Below are positions 26,799 to 40,561 of a stretch of 64,000 bases of DNA, one piece after another. This stretch comes from Epiperipatus broadwayi (lineage: Eukaryota; Animalia; Onychophora). Made by a program: the position numbers and the translations under genes. The stretch's first letter is position 1. Each line of letters opens with the position of its first letter. The stretch covers positions 4,836,001-4,900,000 of the forward strand of contig JAQFVV010000011.1 of assembly GCA_028023455.1 (NCBI GenBank), in the 5' to 3' direction. Below the pieces are notes generated by a model. It was not told the origin of the DNA. It did no database searches and saw nothing but the letters and a program-made list of their open reading frames with translations.

Positions 26799-27304
26799 AT
26801 ATTTTGTGGGTTCATCCATGTAAGCTTTTAATTTAAAAAACGCCAATGTTTCAACTTGATCACACAAGGTCTCAACTGAGAAGTGAAAACTATATAATTG
26901 TAGAGATGCTGTAAACATTGTTAATAAAAATAACTGTAGAGCCATTGGAAACTTCACAACTAAAAATAGATGTATAAAATTGAAAAAAATGAAAAATTAA
27001 TAATAAATAAAAATTCAGGAAATTTCCAAAATATAAGGAAGTTTACATGTGTCACGATTTGATCTCCTATTTGGAAAAATTTCTCTGAATTTTTATTTAT
27101 CATTAATTTTTCAGTTTTTCAATTTTATACACCTATTTTTAGTTGTGGAGTTTTTAATGGCCCTGCGATTATTTTTATTAACACTGATTACAGCGCCTCT
27201 ACAATTATATAGTTTTCATTTCCCAATTGAGGACTTGTGTGATCAAGTCAAAACGTAGAAATTTTTTAAATTAAAAGCTTACATGGATGAACCTGCAAAA
27301 TATT
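26799..27304. mobile_element. ~500-bp palindromic element (family 7) with an HHR-like motif in each arm
   Basis: Arms of ~235 nt pair along their length. Plus motif 27219-27261: TTTC-CCAATTGA-G-GACTTG tgtgat CAAGTC-AAAA-CG-TA-GAAA. Confidence 0.75.
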
Positions 27305-28482
27305 TTTTTTATATCTGCAATCTGTGAAAACATTCATATGAATATATATATAAAATATTATAATACAATATTGTTAATAAATGTTTAGATAGAGATTTTG
27401 AATGTGTGGAGTAATCTATTTAAATCAACTTAATTAGAAAGCACTTAACCTAGAATAATTGACCCAGGATCAGAGTCAAAGTAAACTGACAGATTGATTC
27501 ATCCAAAAGGATTCTGGTAAGAATGGATTTCAATCTTACTTGTGAAAAATTTGTCATATAGGAAGCTAATGAAGATAATGCCAATTGTGAGAAATTGAAT
27601 TGTAATTAAATTTAAATCTAGGAATTAAACTTAGCTCTCACATGGCATTATTTAGATTTGCTTCAAAAATAACAACATAGGCCACAAGCAAAGTGAAATC
27701 AATTCTTATCAATGTAGGTATTACTTGTTATAGCAAGATTTTTGCACTTTATTTAAATACAGTTTTTGGAGATGCATTTTCTCTGAAAATGTTTTCTATA
27801 TTTCATCCTAATGAAGAATTGGATCCTCCACAAAGTTATTAAAAATGAATATTTACTGATTCCATTTTGGGAAAGTTAATTTGAAATAAATTTAATTAGA
27901 TTTTGTTAACATCTTCCACACATTAAATTTCATTTAATAACTCAGACTGGCATCAGCACGTTAATTAGAAAATTGTTGTGAGGCTTTATTTATTACTTAG
28001 ATACAGCATTTGAAGATGCCATCATTTTGAATATATTGTTTAAATATATATACAAAACCACAGTTTTGAAAATAACATGAAAATATCAAAAGAGCTATCG
28101 ACTAAATATTAAGGATTTAAAAAGACAGACAACAATTCTTAATATATTAATAAAGAAAATGTGTATTCTTCAGTTATAATTAGTCATTTCCATTATTGAT
28201 AGTTCATATTGCTACACAATCACTGTTGCAAACCTTATGTCTTTCTAAAATAGATGATGGACAGTAATGATATGTTAATATACAGGTAGAAGTGTAGGAA
28301 ATGAAAAGGCAGAAATTTATGTGCTAATTTGTTTTATATATATTTTTGTCAAAAGTTTAAAATGTTAATCAGCTAATATCTGAGATTACTTTAAAAAAAG
28401 AAGCGAATTTCATGTACTTTTAAATTTATATTATTACACAGATTGTTGGTTTGGCTTCAAAATTTTAAAGTCAATTTGGATC

Positions 28483-28690
28483 ATCACGATCATTCTCAAT
28501 CATTATTGACCCACTGCAGGATAAAGGTCCCTCCAAGTTTAATTCACTTTCTCTGATCTTTAACCTATCTTCTCCACATCAGCCCAGTACACTTTATTAT
28601 TTCATCCATCCATCTCACATATGGTCTCTTTCTATGTCTCTTTCTACATCTTTTACAATCTCTTGGATATGGAACTGCACTCTTTGTCCT
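28483..28690 (-). mobile_element. RTE-clade LINE 3' end
   Basis: Minus strand PRDCKRCRKRHRKRPYVRWMDE, followed by a (GAT)n-like tail. Plus strand CCCACTGCAGGATAAAGG is typical of RTE 3' ends. Confidence 0.65.
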
Positions 28691-29924
28691 ACTGTGATTG
28701 AGCACGAAGTAATCAAATATCAGTTTTAAGAATTTTTAAGCATCAACAGTATTGTTCTGAACTAGAACCTAATGTGGAGAAAATGAAAAAAAATAAGCTG
28801 ATGTAAGAAAACTTCTGATATGTTTTGTGTAATGTCTTAAAGACATTCTGAAGAAAAATCAGATTATTTAACAAGATACTTTATGCAAAATGTCTAAACA
28901 ATACTTGATCAGTAGCAAGTACTATCATAATTGATTGTCTATCAAGAATCTTTACGCAAAGCTTCTAAATGATCAATAATAAATAAGTGATCATCATCAG
29001 CAGTAATAATTTTCCTTGATTTCATTTTTAATTAAGTATAATACTGAGTTTTAAAATTAATTGTGGATAATAGGGTGCTTTTACAATTTTAGTAATTTAT
29101 TTATAATGAGTTAATATATTGATTATATAAAAATATAGTTTTTGGATACTTTATTTTAACATGTTTAGTTCGAACCTGTTAAGATAAAGATTCAAACTAA
29201 ATAGATAAATCTAACTAATCAGATTTCAGATTATTAGCAGCATCCTCATATATAATCAATCATATTTAATTAGTAAACTAATGCACCTAGAAATAATGTA
29301 AATAAGTCAGGATAGGTGTCAGTTCCAATCATAATGTATAAACATTCATCGTCTGATTACCATATCATATGGGGAAAAAACTTGACAAGTACTTCAGGAT
29401 GTACATTTCAATAGCAAAATCTCATCTTCAGTGGCTCTGGCATGGAATAAGCTATCTACATAAATATTTCAAATGCTCATCTTATATTAATAGCAGTATT
29501 TATTTAATTATTTCTGGGTGTGTTAATTTACTATTTTTATCATTCAGTATAAAATTTCTTAATCAAGATTTATATAATCTGCTCTGGTCAGGGTTTAAGC
29601 ATCATGGAATAGAATGAATTATAGAAATGTCACAGCACAAAATATTCACATTTTAACCATCAAATTGATATCATTACTGTTATATTAAGACTAAGGGTTG
29701 CAAGATTTATATAGATTGCCATTACAGTTTATGGCAGCTGAAGATGATGGTTACTCTTGAAATACTTCCAGAAGGGAAATTGGGCGGGTTTTTTTGGTAT
29801 GGCAATCAGATAATGAATTTTTCATACATTATGATTAGAGCTGACATTTCTTTAGGTTTACTTAGTCTATAATATTACACCACTGAACATCACATGATCA
29901 CAATTTCTTATGCTTACACAAGCT

Positions 29925-30320
29925 GTTTACCCAGAGGCCAAATTCTCCATACAGTAGCACCACCAGTGCAAGCTAGAATAATTAATGAATGCAAGAAGGT
30001 TTGTGCATAAAATCCCTATCTATAATGCGTTCAGATCTATACAACTATACAAGATAATGCGCTTAAATTGAAAACATTATTGTGGTTTCATTTTGGACTC
30101 AAAGCTTTACAGACTGCTGGAAGGTTGCATTAGATCCTAAGATATAGGTTCAGTGCTGTCAGATCCAAGACTCTTCACTGATGAAAGCCATAAGCTGGAA
30201 ACTAATCTGGGGATTTTGGATGAGTAGGCACTAGATAGGAATTTTATGCACAAACCTTGCATCCATTGATTACTCTGGCTTGCACTGGTGGCACTACTGT
30301 ATGGAGAGTTTAGCCTCTGT
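29925..30320. mobile_element. Family-2 pair: minus 3' fragment (29925-30025) and plus copy (30105-30320) with HHR 30172-30213
   Basis: TCTTCA-CTGATGA-AAGC cataa GCTG-GAAA-CTAA-TC-TGGGGA. Confidence 0.85.
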
Positions 30321-32468
30321 GTAATCTGTAATATTGTAATTGCCTTACCTAATGATAGAATGCTTTTTAAAATACATAAATAGTGAGATAGCGTGGCCTG
30401 ATTATTTTTACACTGGCAACTTTTAAGAAGTAAGATTGTATTACTAAGAGATATCTTCAATGTAATAATCAATTATTATTAAATAAATTACTTACTTCTG
30501 GTTAGAATTGGATATTAGTCTAGTTTTTAATTATTTATAAAAAAAATTAAACTATCTAAAGAAATAGAAACGTTTTTGAAAATTAAGTTGATTTAGAAAT
30601 ATGAAATAATTTATTTTTTCACCACATATATACCATCCAATGTAATGTATCATTTGGCATTTATTAATTATTAAAGCTTACACTAGATGGCATAGTTGTT
30701 GTGAAAGAAAGAGAATATGCTGCTGTAAACCAAAATCAAGGGATAAGAGTCATGATATCTTATTAATTAAATAAGAAATATAAAAGAAATGAATAAAGAA
30801 CTTTTATAATTAATGATTAAGACATTTCAAAATATCTGTAGCCAATCAAATCTTTTAATTTTTCACATACTCCTCTAAAGCTTGTTAAAAATTCTGAGTG
30901 GCCATTTTGTATAAAATACCCCATACCGAATTCTCTCATTATATGTATATTTTACGTATCAGAACATTCTATTTATATACTTTAATTATAATGACTTTGA
31001 CTTTGAAGCTTGAATGTTTTAGCATAAATCATAAAGAAAAGTATATTGTGCACATCAGTTTCTTAATATTCATACTCCACGATAGATGAAATAATTTATA
31101 TCCACATTTAAATCCCAAATAAATATAATAGTAAAAAAGATATATGTGTAATTAATGGATTAGTTTGCACTTGATAAATATCTGTAGCATCAAATCTTCC
31201 AAATATATACCTGTAAAGCTTGACATAAATTCTCATTGATGTTTCAACATGGATATCTTTCAAATCTCCAGTTCACATGATAAGAATAGATTATTTATGT
31301 CAAATACATGTATAGTGGTATTTATTAGACTGGGAAATTTTTCATATGATAAAAGTTCAAAATTATAACAAACTTTAGAGAATTGGGGGGAAATCTGGAA
31401 GATTTGAATTCATTACAGATATGTATATAATTTCTGGAGTACTCAAAATTCAATTGGAAAAACCGATTTAAAAGTGAGGCAACAATTAACAAAATGTAGG
31501 TATGAATGAATATTGATAAATGTACAATCTTAAGAGGGTAGGATAATAAATGGGTTGTAAGTTTTTTATGGCAAACCTAAAGTACTCATGAACCAATTCT
31601 CTGTGAAAGTCATTGGTACTATCAAAATTTTATTTATATTAGAAAAAGAACTGATTGGAAAACTTTTAAGATCAGAATGGAAAGAATTATAAAAAAGTAC
31701 TAAGCTTCTATGAGAGGAAATTCTAATAATTACTGGCTAAATATTAATATTTAACTGTGATATAAAAAAATGAAATAGCTAATTACTTTTACAATCATAA
31801 AAAAATATGATATACCTTATGTAAATAATATTTTAATTTGCGAAGCGCCGATAGTTGAAAACTGAAATAAATCGAGATACTGCCAAATCTCTAGTGCTCG
31901 TTACAATACATAACTGACAGCCAATCAGATGTCAAGGCTAGAGTGCAGAGAGTTATATGATTTTGGTCATTATTTGGTTAAAGCAAAAATGACATATTAA
32001 ATATATTTAATGCAGAGAAACAATCAAAACCATTCTGAGAAAAAGAGAACTAAGACGACCAATAACAGAAACATGATTAACTTTTCAAAGAAACTTGGAT
32101 TGTAACTTAATAAAACCATGTTGGCACATATTGAATGCTTTAAATTGCTCAGGTATTCAAAACAAGTTTGAATGCTAGAAAATTCAGAACTGAGTCATAA
32201 TCCAAGGTTTTGAACTCTAGAATCTACCATATTACATTTGCCTCAAACCATGCAGAACTGACAAAATATTCAAAGTATACATCAATAAAAAAAAAAAAAA
32301 GGTATTGAATTTAGAATGGTAAGAGAGCAAGACATGAATTATGTCTAGAAAGAAATTGAATTATATCTGAAGTGTTTTAATACTAAATCAACTGAAAATT
32401 GAAATATAATACAATTAAAAGTCAAGCAAAATAATTACTAAAGTTAGAATAGAAGAGATTTAATTAAA

Positions 32469-32710
32469 GGGGATTTGAACACAGACTTTCAAGCTCCCTT
32501 TAGTCATCCATACTATCTTATATAACTGATACACATGACCACATACATGTGAAAAAGATAAATGAACTCCAATATATATATTTCATGCTGAACCAGCACT
32601 CATCAGTTGGTCTGAATTATCATCTCCCAGACATATCAGTGCTTGGTTTATATTAAGATAGCAAATCTGCAAACTTTAATGGACAGGTTTCGATCCTCTC
32701 CATTCTCCAA
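32469..32710 (-). mobile_element. Family-1 hammerhead repeat; HHR 32569-32611 with intact core
   Basis: Minus strand: ACCAA-CTGATGA-GTGCTG gtt CAGCAT-GAAA-TATATA-TA-TTGG. Confidence 0.88.
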
Positions 32711-33946
32711 TAAAAACAATTTCAGAAAATTAATTACTTATATTGGAAAAAACAATATTTGAAGATATAAGTCTTTAAAAAAATAGAACATAAAAAAAGT
32801 TCTTTTAAAATTATCAATACACAAGGAATGTAAGAATATTATATAGTTATGCATAAAATATGGATGACTGAAGATTATCAATATATGGAGTAGATATCTG
32901 ATGAGAAATGGAACAGATTAAAGCCCAAGATTAAATTGATACAAAAAGTACAAAAGAACACCAATTTCCTCTCCAAGAATGTCACTATAATGACAGAGAT
33001 AAATGAAATAAAAGCATCGTTCAATCTATATTTGGTAAAGCAATTTATAGTGATGATGATGATGGTGAACTGTTATCAATGCTAAAATGATTTATTACAG
33101 ATTGATTCAATTTTGTATGCTCATTAATATTTTAAAAATACAAGTAATTTCAGACATCTATAGCATACTATACGATTTATAGCTTTTATAAATTTACTGA
33201 TGCATTGATTTATAATATGAGAAGATGAGCTAAACGTGATTGTTATTAAAACTGAGATACAAATAAAGAAATAGATGCACCCCAGTATCCATAAAAACAA
33301 AGAAAGCATCTTTAATAATATTTTTTAAAATAAGCTGGTTTTTAACTCTTTTTTTTTTTTATATAAGAAATACAAAAATCACTCATTAATGTGTATAGGT
33401 TTGTTCCCTAAAAGTGATCCAGCCAATTATTTATTTATTGCAGCTAGTCATTGAAAAAATCACGAATGCTAATTCCCTTATATTTTTCTATGATATTTTC
33501 TCATCCTAGCAAATCTTTGTCACGTGTGTAAATGCTAGTAAAAGCAATTTTTTAAATCCATACAGTATTACAAAGGCACACAATTGGTAGCTAATATGAC
33601 ATTATGACAATATTTCAAAGATATTGGTAATAATCTACAGTATTTTTATTTTAATACAAGAAATATCTTAATTAAAGCCATAAAATAATAAAGTATAAAG
33701 TTATCCTAGGCAGTAATTCAAATATAGTCTAATAGCATAAATTGCCCAAATATAGTAGAAAGTTATCATATATTAGTAAGGTAAGAGTAATATATTACTC
33801 TGATTTTTGCTTCTAGTAGCTATAAGTATGGGATTATGATTCCTCCCGAAAGCGTTCAGCTTAGTAAATTGTAGAATATTATGTTTATTCACTGTTATCA
33901 GCTTCATTATCTGTACCAAATTACACACACACACATATACAGTTAA

Positions 33947-33984
33947 CCTTGATAATGGCGGTTGCTAGTCCGTCGAAATATCGG
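33947..33984 (+). ncRNA. Decayed minimal HHR-like motif
   Basis: CC-TTGATAA-T-GGCGG ttgctagt CCGTC-GAAA-TA-TC-GG. Confidence 0.4.
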
Positions 33985-34316
33985 ATTGAATGCAAAATAA
34001 TACACAGTTTATTCCCAAAAATAAAAATTTATCTACATTATACAACCGTGAAAACATTAAATATAATATATATTATGGATATATACTTAGAGTAAAATAA
34101 TTATGCAAGATTTATTGAGTAGGTTTGCAAAGTAGTTTTTTTTTAAAAAATGGTACAGATTATAATCTAGCAATATATAAGCTTGTCTCTGATTGGAGTT
34201 GCTTACAATATATAAGTGTTTTACTTGTGAGAAGGGCAGGAGTATTCAAAATTTCTATTATGAAGAAATAATTATAAAATAATTAAAAGTGATTTAAACA
34301 TCTTCATTTTTTATAG

Positions 34317-34406
34317 GTAAATTATCTTTTAGTATTAAAAAAATACCAGTCAAAGAGTTTCAAGCACAACGAAATAATATGCAGATTCTTGGAGGAACAC
34401 ATCAAA
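34317..34406 (+). CDS. CHRDL: Chordin-like protein exon
   Basis: tttatag|GT...CAAA|gtaagt, phase 1/1. Encodes GKLSFSIKKIPVKEFQAQRNNMQILGGTHQ. Confidence 0.87.
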
Positions 34407-34731
34407 GTAAGTGTATTATCTATAAAGACAAGTTCATCACTAAAACCTTTTCATTACTTTAAAATTAAGCATTGTGAAAAACAGTATCATTTGTGCGATA
34501 TAGTTTTTAATTTTATCAGAATTTCTCAACTATTTTACTTCCATTACACATAGTTGAATATTTAAAATTTCTGAAAGCTCTTATAATTATTAAAAATGAA
34601 ATTATTCTACTCATTGCTAAGTGAAATTTTTTCCAAGAGGCTTAGCATTTTTCTCTCAGATAATTGATTATTAGCCAATAATAATGGGCAATAAATAAGA
34701 TCCAGATATCCTTTTTTTTTCATATGACAAA

Positions 34732-34802
34732 TGCATTGACCGGGAAGCGAACCCGGGCCAGCTGCTTGGAAGGCAGCTATGCTAACCACTAGGCCACCAA
34801 CG

Positions 34803-34803
<1 letters not shown>
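34732..34803 (-). pseudogene. tRNA-Gly(TCC)-like sequence, probably a SINE or pseudogene copy
   Basis: GCGTTGGTGGCCTAGTGGTTAGCATAGCTGCCTTCCAAGCAGCTGGCCCGGGTTCGCTTCCCGGTCAATGCA. Anticodon TCC, T-loop A58>C, and a CATATGAAAAA tail shared with 50508. Confidence 0.8.

Positions 34804-34805
<2 letters not shown>

Positions 34806-34854
<49 letters not shown>
34806..34854. repeat. (AG)n microsatellite
   Basis: Pure dinucleotide run. Confidence 0.95.
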
Positions 34855-34856
<2 letters not shown>

Positions 34857-35136
34857 AAATAGAAATAGAAAGATGCTCAAATCTCTATGCCCAAGTTAAT
34901 TGGGAGGATTACTGAGTACAGTCTTTTTCACTATTTCTTTAGGAGAGGCTATTGAAAATGGACTTTGCCCTGTTGTGGACAATTATTAAAAAAATCTTTT
35001 TTATCTTTTTACATATAGTGAAAGTACAATAAAAATGTTAATATGAAATTAAATATGAAAGAATATTCCAAGATACACTTTTCAAGTTTCTAATATGATA
35101 ATGAATGAAAAGCTAAATTGAAACAGATTTAATGTA

Positions 35137-36444
35137 CACGCGGGTCTCGTTTTATGCGGATATTTTTAATGTGATTTTGAAGTTATGCGATTCTTGATTC
35201 TTCTTAATATCTTTGTATGCGGTTTTCTTTTATGCGATAAAAATTATTAGATCAGAAGTCGAGCTCCGTTAATGCGCTATTACTTTAAATATTATAAATT
35301 TCGCGCACTCACGTCATATTTAAAGTAATAGCGCATTATCGGAGTTCGACTTCCATCTAATAATTTCAATATTTTCAGCGCTTTATAATAGTACTGTAAT
35401 AGATTTTATGTAATAAAGAAGTTCATAATTCACTTAAAATCAGAATTTCCCCATTTTATATACACACATTAAATTTTACAAGACTATAATGTAAATCTGT
35501 TCAAACGTTATAGATGAAAAATACTATGTTTGTTGTTGTTTTTGCATTTTAAATCACGTTCTATTTTTGCTTTTTATAAAAAGAGTACGTAATCAATTAA
35601 TCATTTAGTGTCCGCAAGTTTATTTTTAAAAGGTGAGTAACAGCGGTGGGCACAATTAAATTTGACAATTAAAATCTGATTTTTAATTGTAATTAACAAT
35701 TTAAAAATTACGTAACGAGGTGATGTGAAACGATGAAATTTGATTTTTAAACGGAATTGAAAATTAAAAAATTAAAGACAAAAATAAGAATTTAATTTTT
35801 AATTGTTAGTTTTAATTAAATTTTGCCTAACAGTGGTGAGTCAGTGTCTTTTTATTATCATAAGTCTAAGTTCTTATTTTTATTTTAAACTTTTAGTTTA
35901 CTCTAACGGAGAGAAAAAAAACACCCAAGAAAATGAATTTCTTTGGAAACAAAAATTTCAATTTTAGATCGCTTAGCGAAATGGGAAGGATCAACAGCGA
36001 TTGGAAAATGTTTTAGTTGTATTTCCTCTTGACTTCGTTTAAGGAGAAGCTACAGTACCTCACATCACATCATGACGAATCTGATGTCTCAAATAGCGAT
36101 AATAATTAAAATACCATACATGTATGAAAAAAATGTAAATTACGCATAAAAATATATTGTTTTGAATAAAATTAAATACTGTAGTTAATAAAAAAAAGTA
36201 AAAAAAGTTTGTCTTGTATCAATTTTTTTCAAATTTGAAATTTTTTATTAGTCATATTTTATTTTATTTTTTTTTATGCGAATTTTAAAGTAATTTTACG
36301 TTGTTGCTTTGCTTTTATGCAATTTTTGGAAAATTGCAGTACATATCCCCCATTTTTCAAGGTAAGTTAAGTCTATTTTTGTGCAATTTCTTTTGTGCAC
36401 ATTTTCTGAGGAACCTATCTACTGCATAAAACGAGACCCAGGTG
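35137..36444 (+). mobile_element. Non-autonomous Tigger/pogo DNA transposon
   Basis: TIRs CACGCGGGTCTCGTTTTATGCG / TGCATAAAACGAGACCCAGGTG with TA on both sides. Internal remnant ISLETKISILDRLAKWEGSTAIGKCF (Tigger N-terminal HTH) at ~35935-36015. Confidence 0.88.
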
Positions 36445-39400
36445 TAAATCAAAGTTTCAGTCTCCATTTTTTTCACATATACTATATTTAAAATCCAAAT
36501 TTTCATTTAATGTTACAACAAATAAATAGTAATATCATCAGTTGTGTAAGAAGTAATGGGATATCGACATCGTAGAAGTAGACTGTGTTCAATAATAAGT
36601 CTTTTTATGTGATCAAACACTCGATCCAGCAATCCTTAGTTTAAATGTACCATAGCTCTAAATTGCTTGGGGCAAGAAATTAATTTCTAAGCATATTTTG
36701 ATATATAAATCTAAAGAAAAATGAATTATCTACATGACAGACATGAATAAACTTAGTTGATGATAAGATGGAAATCTTTAAAACATAATTTATTTTTAAT
36801 CAAATCTCAATCCGTTTCTAGAGTAGGAGCTTGGCAATTCTAATTGATACTATTAGTTTATATTAAGATCCATAGATAACACTTAGATATATCAAGGGAA
36901 TTTTCATTGTGTTGTATTAAAATATGATTATCTTAGATCTTTGCTAATATAATTATAATTTTTACTTGACCAGGACAATGGATCTGTAGATTTACAGACA
37001 ATATTCAAGCGATAAATGATGTGTCAGTGATCATTTCAGGTGGGTTTATAATTCAAAATAGCATCAAGTGCATACTACATCTGCCTCAAATTTATAGTAC
37101 CTAAACAGAAAAAGTAATGGAAAAACAAAAAAATTGAAAAAAATGTTAATTAATAAATATGAATTATACTATATGCCAAAAGATTATAACTTATAAAATA
37201 GGAATGTTCTATTTGTAGATATATTTATGGATTATAGACATTGCAAAACATTTCTCAAGTGTATTATTATTTATTCTTGTTTTATCTTTTTTTTTTTATT
37301 ATCTTGGAGTTGAAATGATTATACTCCTTTGCAAGTGTTTATTGATGATATTATAATATATATAAATAAATCTGGGCTTGGTAAACTGCAAACATTTTTC
37401 TGCTTACAAATTGGAGTTTTCTTTCAAAGTCATCACACAATCAATTTAGCTACTAATCCAAAATGGGGGGGGGGGTACACAGTCATAATTCGGTAGAAAA
37501 TATGCATTGATATAAGGGATTTCATTATTTTGTACTGCAAATTTGAGGTGTTAAAATAAATTATATTAAGAGGAGCCCAATAAGAAAAGTTACCAAGGAT
37601 GATGATCAAGGGTGTTGCTTGATTATATTACCATAATGAACTGGATATGAATTAAAATGTATAACCTTCTAGCATCTATTGGGTGGCACTATTATATGGA
37701 GACATTTGCTATTGTTATATTCCAGTGAATGTAATATTTTTTTCCTAGATTATAAAGATTTTAAAAGGAAATTTTAAAGAAAAAAGTGTTACAAGGTAAT
37801 TAATTCAATATTATCAATATATGAGTAATTTCAAAAAAGGAAATGATTATTAGCTTTCCTATACAGGGATGTTCAAGAATACAAACTTCTCCTATTATAG
37901 CGTTGCTTTTCCCCCCCAATATTATTTGGCAAAAATGAACTAGACAAAATATATTCATCAGAAGATTAATTCTATTAAGATGTATACACACAGAGCAATA
38001 GCAGTAATAAACCTCAACCATATTATGTCATTCTAGAAACTTGTGTTAACCCATACCATTAATCAGAGATTAAATAAACCAAGATTTTAATGCCTATGCT
38101 TCAAAATTCTGCTACATTCCATCAAAGACTTACTAAATTGCAAGAAGGCTAATGCAGTCTAATTTTACCTGTGTAGATAGGACAATGCAGAATAAGAAAT
38201 GGAAGGTGAAGAAAGAGTTAACTTCATATCTTAGTTAAACAACAAGATAAAAGTAGGTACTCAAATGATTTCATATAAAGCATCCCATGTCTTCTTTGGC
38301 TTATTTTTTTTATCTCTGCAAGACATAAGAGACTTATTTTTCACATTTCTAAAACAATCTCAGAAGATTGGTTCAGTTTAGTAAGCAGACTTAAAAATTA
38401 GAAATTTACAGATCATTTCTAAGGAGGGGAATCAAAGTATTGCATTTATCCTCCTACATTGGTGTTTGAACAACACAATCTTCCAATGAAATGGCAGTGT
38501 AAACAGATTGGAGGATTTCAAGTTAATTGGATATATTTTTGTAGACAGTATTATATGATATTCATTCACCTTTTCTATATGTTATGGTCTCCAAACTTGT
38601 AAATTGAAAGTTCAAATTCTTTAAGAATTTGTAACCAGGTTAACTTGCTTGAATAGTTTAATCTTTGAATCCATTGGAAGATTCCTTGATCAAAATTTTT
38701 AAACATTTAATAACAAGTGACAATCCATAGGCTCTAAAAATCAATATATCAAATATTAAATGTTCTTAGTTTAGCAATAGAATAAATAAAAAATAACAAA
38801 TCTTGAAGTAAAAAAATTGGAAAAATATTGAAAAGTAATTATCATTATGAACACAATTTATGTACCTCCTATTCTCTTTACTTTCTCCATTACAAAATAA
38901 AATTGTGGTCCATATATTGGAATATCAACAGTTGGGAAAGAAGGCAACTTTCAGAGAAAGCCCTGAGTCAAAGAACTTACAGTTTACTGGCTCATGACTA
39001 CCATTCATGATCTGAAATTCAAATGTCACCTGAAGACCTTTTCAGATCAAAAACAGGAGGCCTAGGATTTTTTCAGCAATCTACAATACAGCCTAGCAAT
39101 CCATCCATCATTAAATGTCTTATTTATTGTTACTTGTTAGGGACAAAATCCAAGGTTAGCATGGACCAATCAGATCATTGTTAAATAATCAAATGGCTTA
39201 TTGCTCAGAAGTGGATAAGAAGTTTGAGTGCTGGAAATGATGAGGCAGAGCTGTGATCCATACTGAACTTCAGAATCTGCACTCTACCATGGCAATGAGT
39301 CTCATAGGGCATTTGAATGGGTTTTTTTAGCTTGTGAGATCATAAGTCTGAACACCAGAAGTGACAAAACTTGATCAACGATTCGTGGGCTTTGGGATCC

Positions 39401-40561
39401 AAAATTCATTGTTCTGCACAGAAACATGCAGATTGAGTGAAAATGTAATCATAATATGAAGAAACTTTGATTACTGGCAGTAAAGCTAATCCCTTACCCT
39501 TAGGACATTGAGCCAATGGTTTACCTTTATCTATATGAAAGTCTGTATTTTATATACAAGTAAACATTTTAAATACATAATGTCTTCACACTAAAATAAT
39601 TTATTTCTATAAACAATATTGATTTACTGTTGTTAAAATAGAGTATGATATAAGTAATCAGTAGTCAGCTGTTTGAATCAATGATGAATTGCTTACTTAT
39701 TGATCTTTTTCCATAGTAGTAAAACATGTTAAAAAAAGCAACATGAAGAAAGATGACGAAGAAAATTATAAAGTAATAAATATAAGATTTGGGTACTTAA
39801 AGAAGAGGAATATCTAATTGAAGCAATGGACAAAAAAAATAAAAATAAGAGAAGATTCCTACTGACAATGTTTTTTTAAAAATAAGGATGACTCTTATTA
39901 GTAACAATGATAGTATATACTTAAGCCATGATATTAAATATTTACCAGTATTCATTTTAAATAAGCAGTTGTTATATTTGCATGGATGAATAGTATTAGG
40001 CTTGTTCTTGAAATATATGATCACTTCAAGATGTTATATCATTTTTTATGTAATATAACAACTGACTTACTGATATTTTATGCATGGTTACTCCAAAAAT
40101 TTTTATATAAATTTAAATGGAAGTGCGCCATTTCTAATTTTAAAAATATGGAAAGATAATCTAACACCCTATTTTTATTTCAAAAATGAAGAATTATCAA
40201 TGATAAAATCTAATTAGCTAATCAGCCAAATTCAACATTTTTTTAATGTTTAGCACAATTGTAATCTCAATTACAAATCATGGCTTAATTTTATTAACCA
40301 TAACTTATATTAAATCCAAGTAACATCAATATTTTATTTTGCTAAATTAATTAAATACAAAATAGGTCTCAACACAACATGTTTTTATTAGCAATCTCAA
40401 AATTGGGTAGAAATTTAATGTCATCTTTTATTTACACATTATTGTAAAAAACAGGATATCAATTTCAATAAAATGCTGTGATTTGCAAAAAATTAACGAG
40501 GTAATGAAGGTTGTAAAGATTTATTAAAAGTCCAATAGTATTAATAAAAGTTACAATTAAA

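Noticed and set aside
34732-34803. Functional tRNA-Gly gene
   Set aside because: T-loop A58>C, two G-U pairs in the acceptor stem and a tail shared with a TSD-flanked copy favour a SINE or pseudogene. It is not fully excluded.
37749-37795. Possible extra CHRDL exon (cctag|ATT...ACAAG|gtaat)
   Set aside because: In the required phase 1 it hits a stop after nine codons. 34406 splices in frame to 43114 without it.
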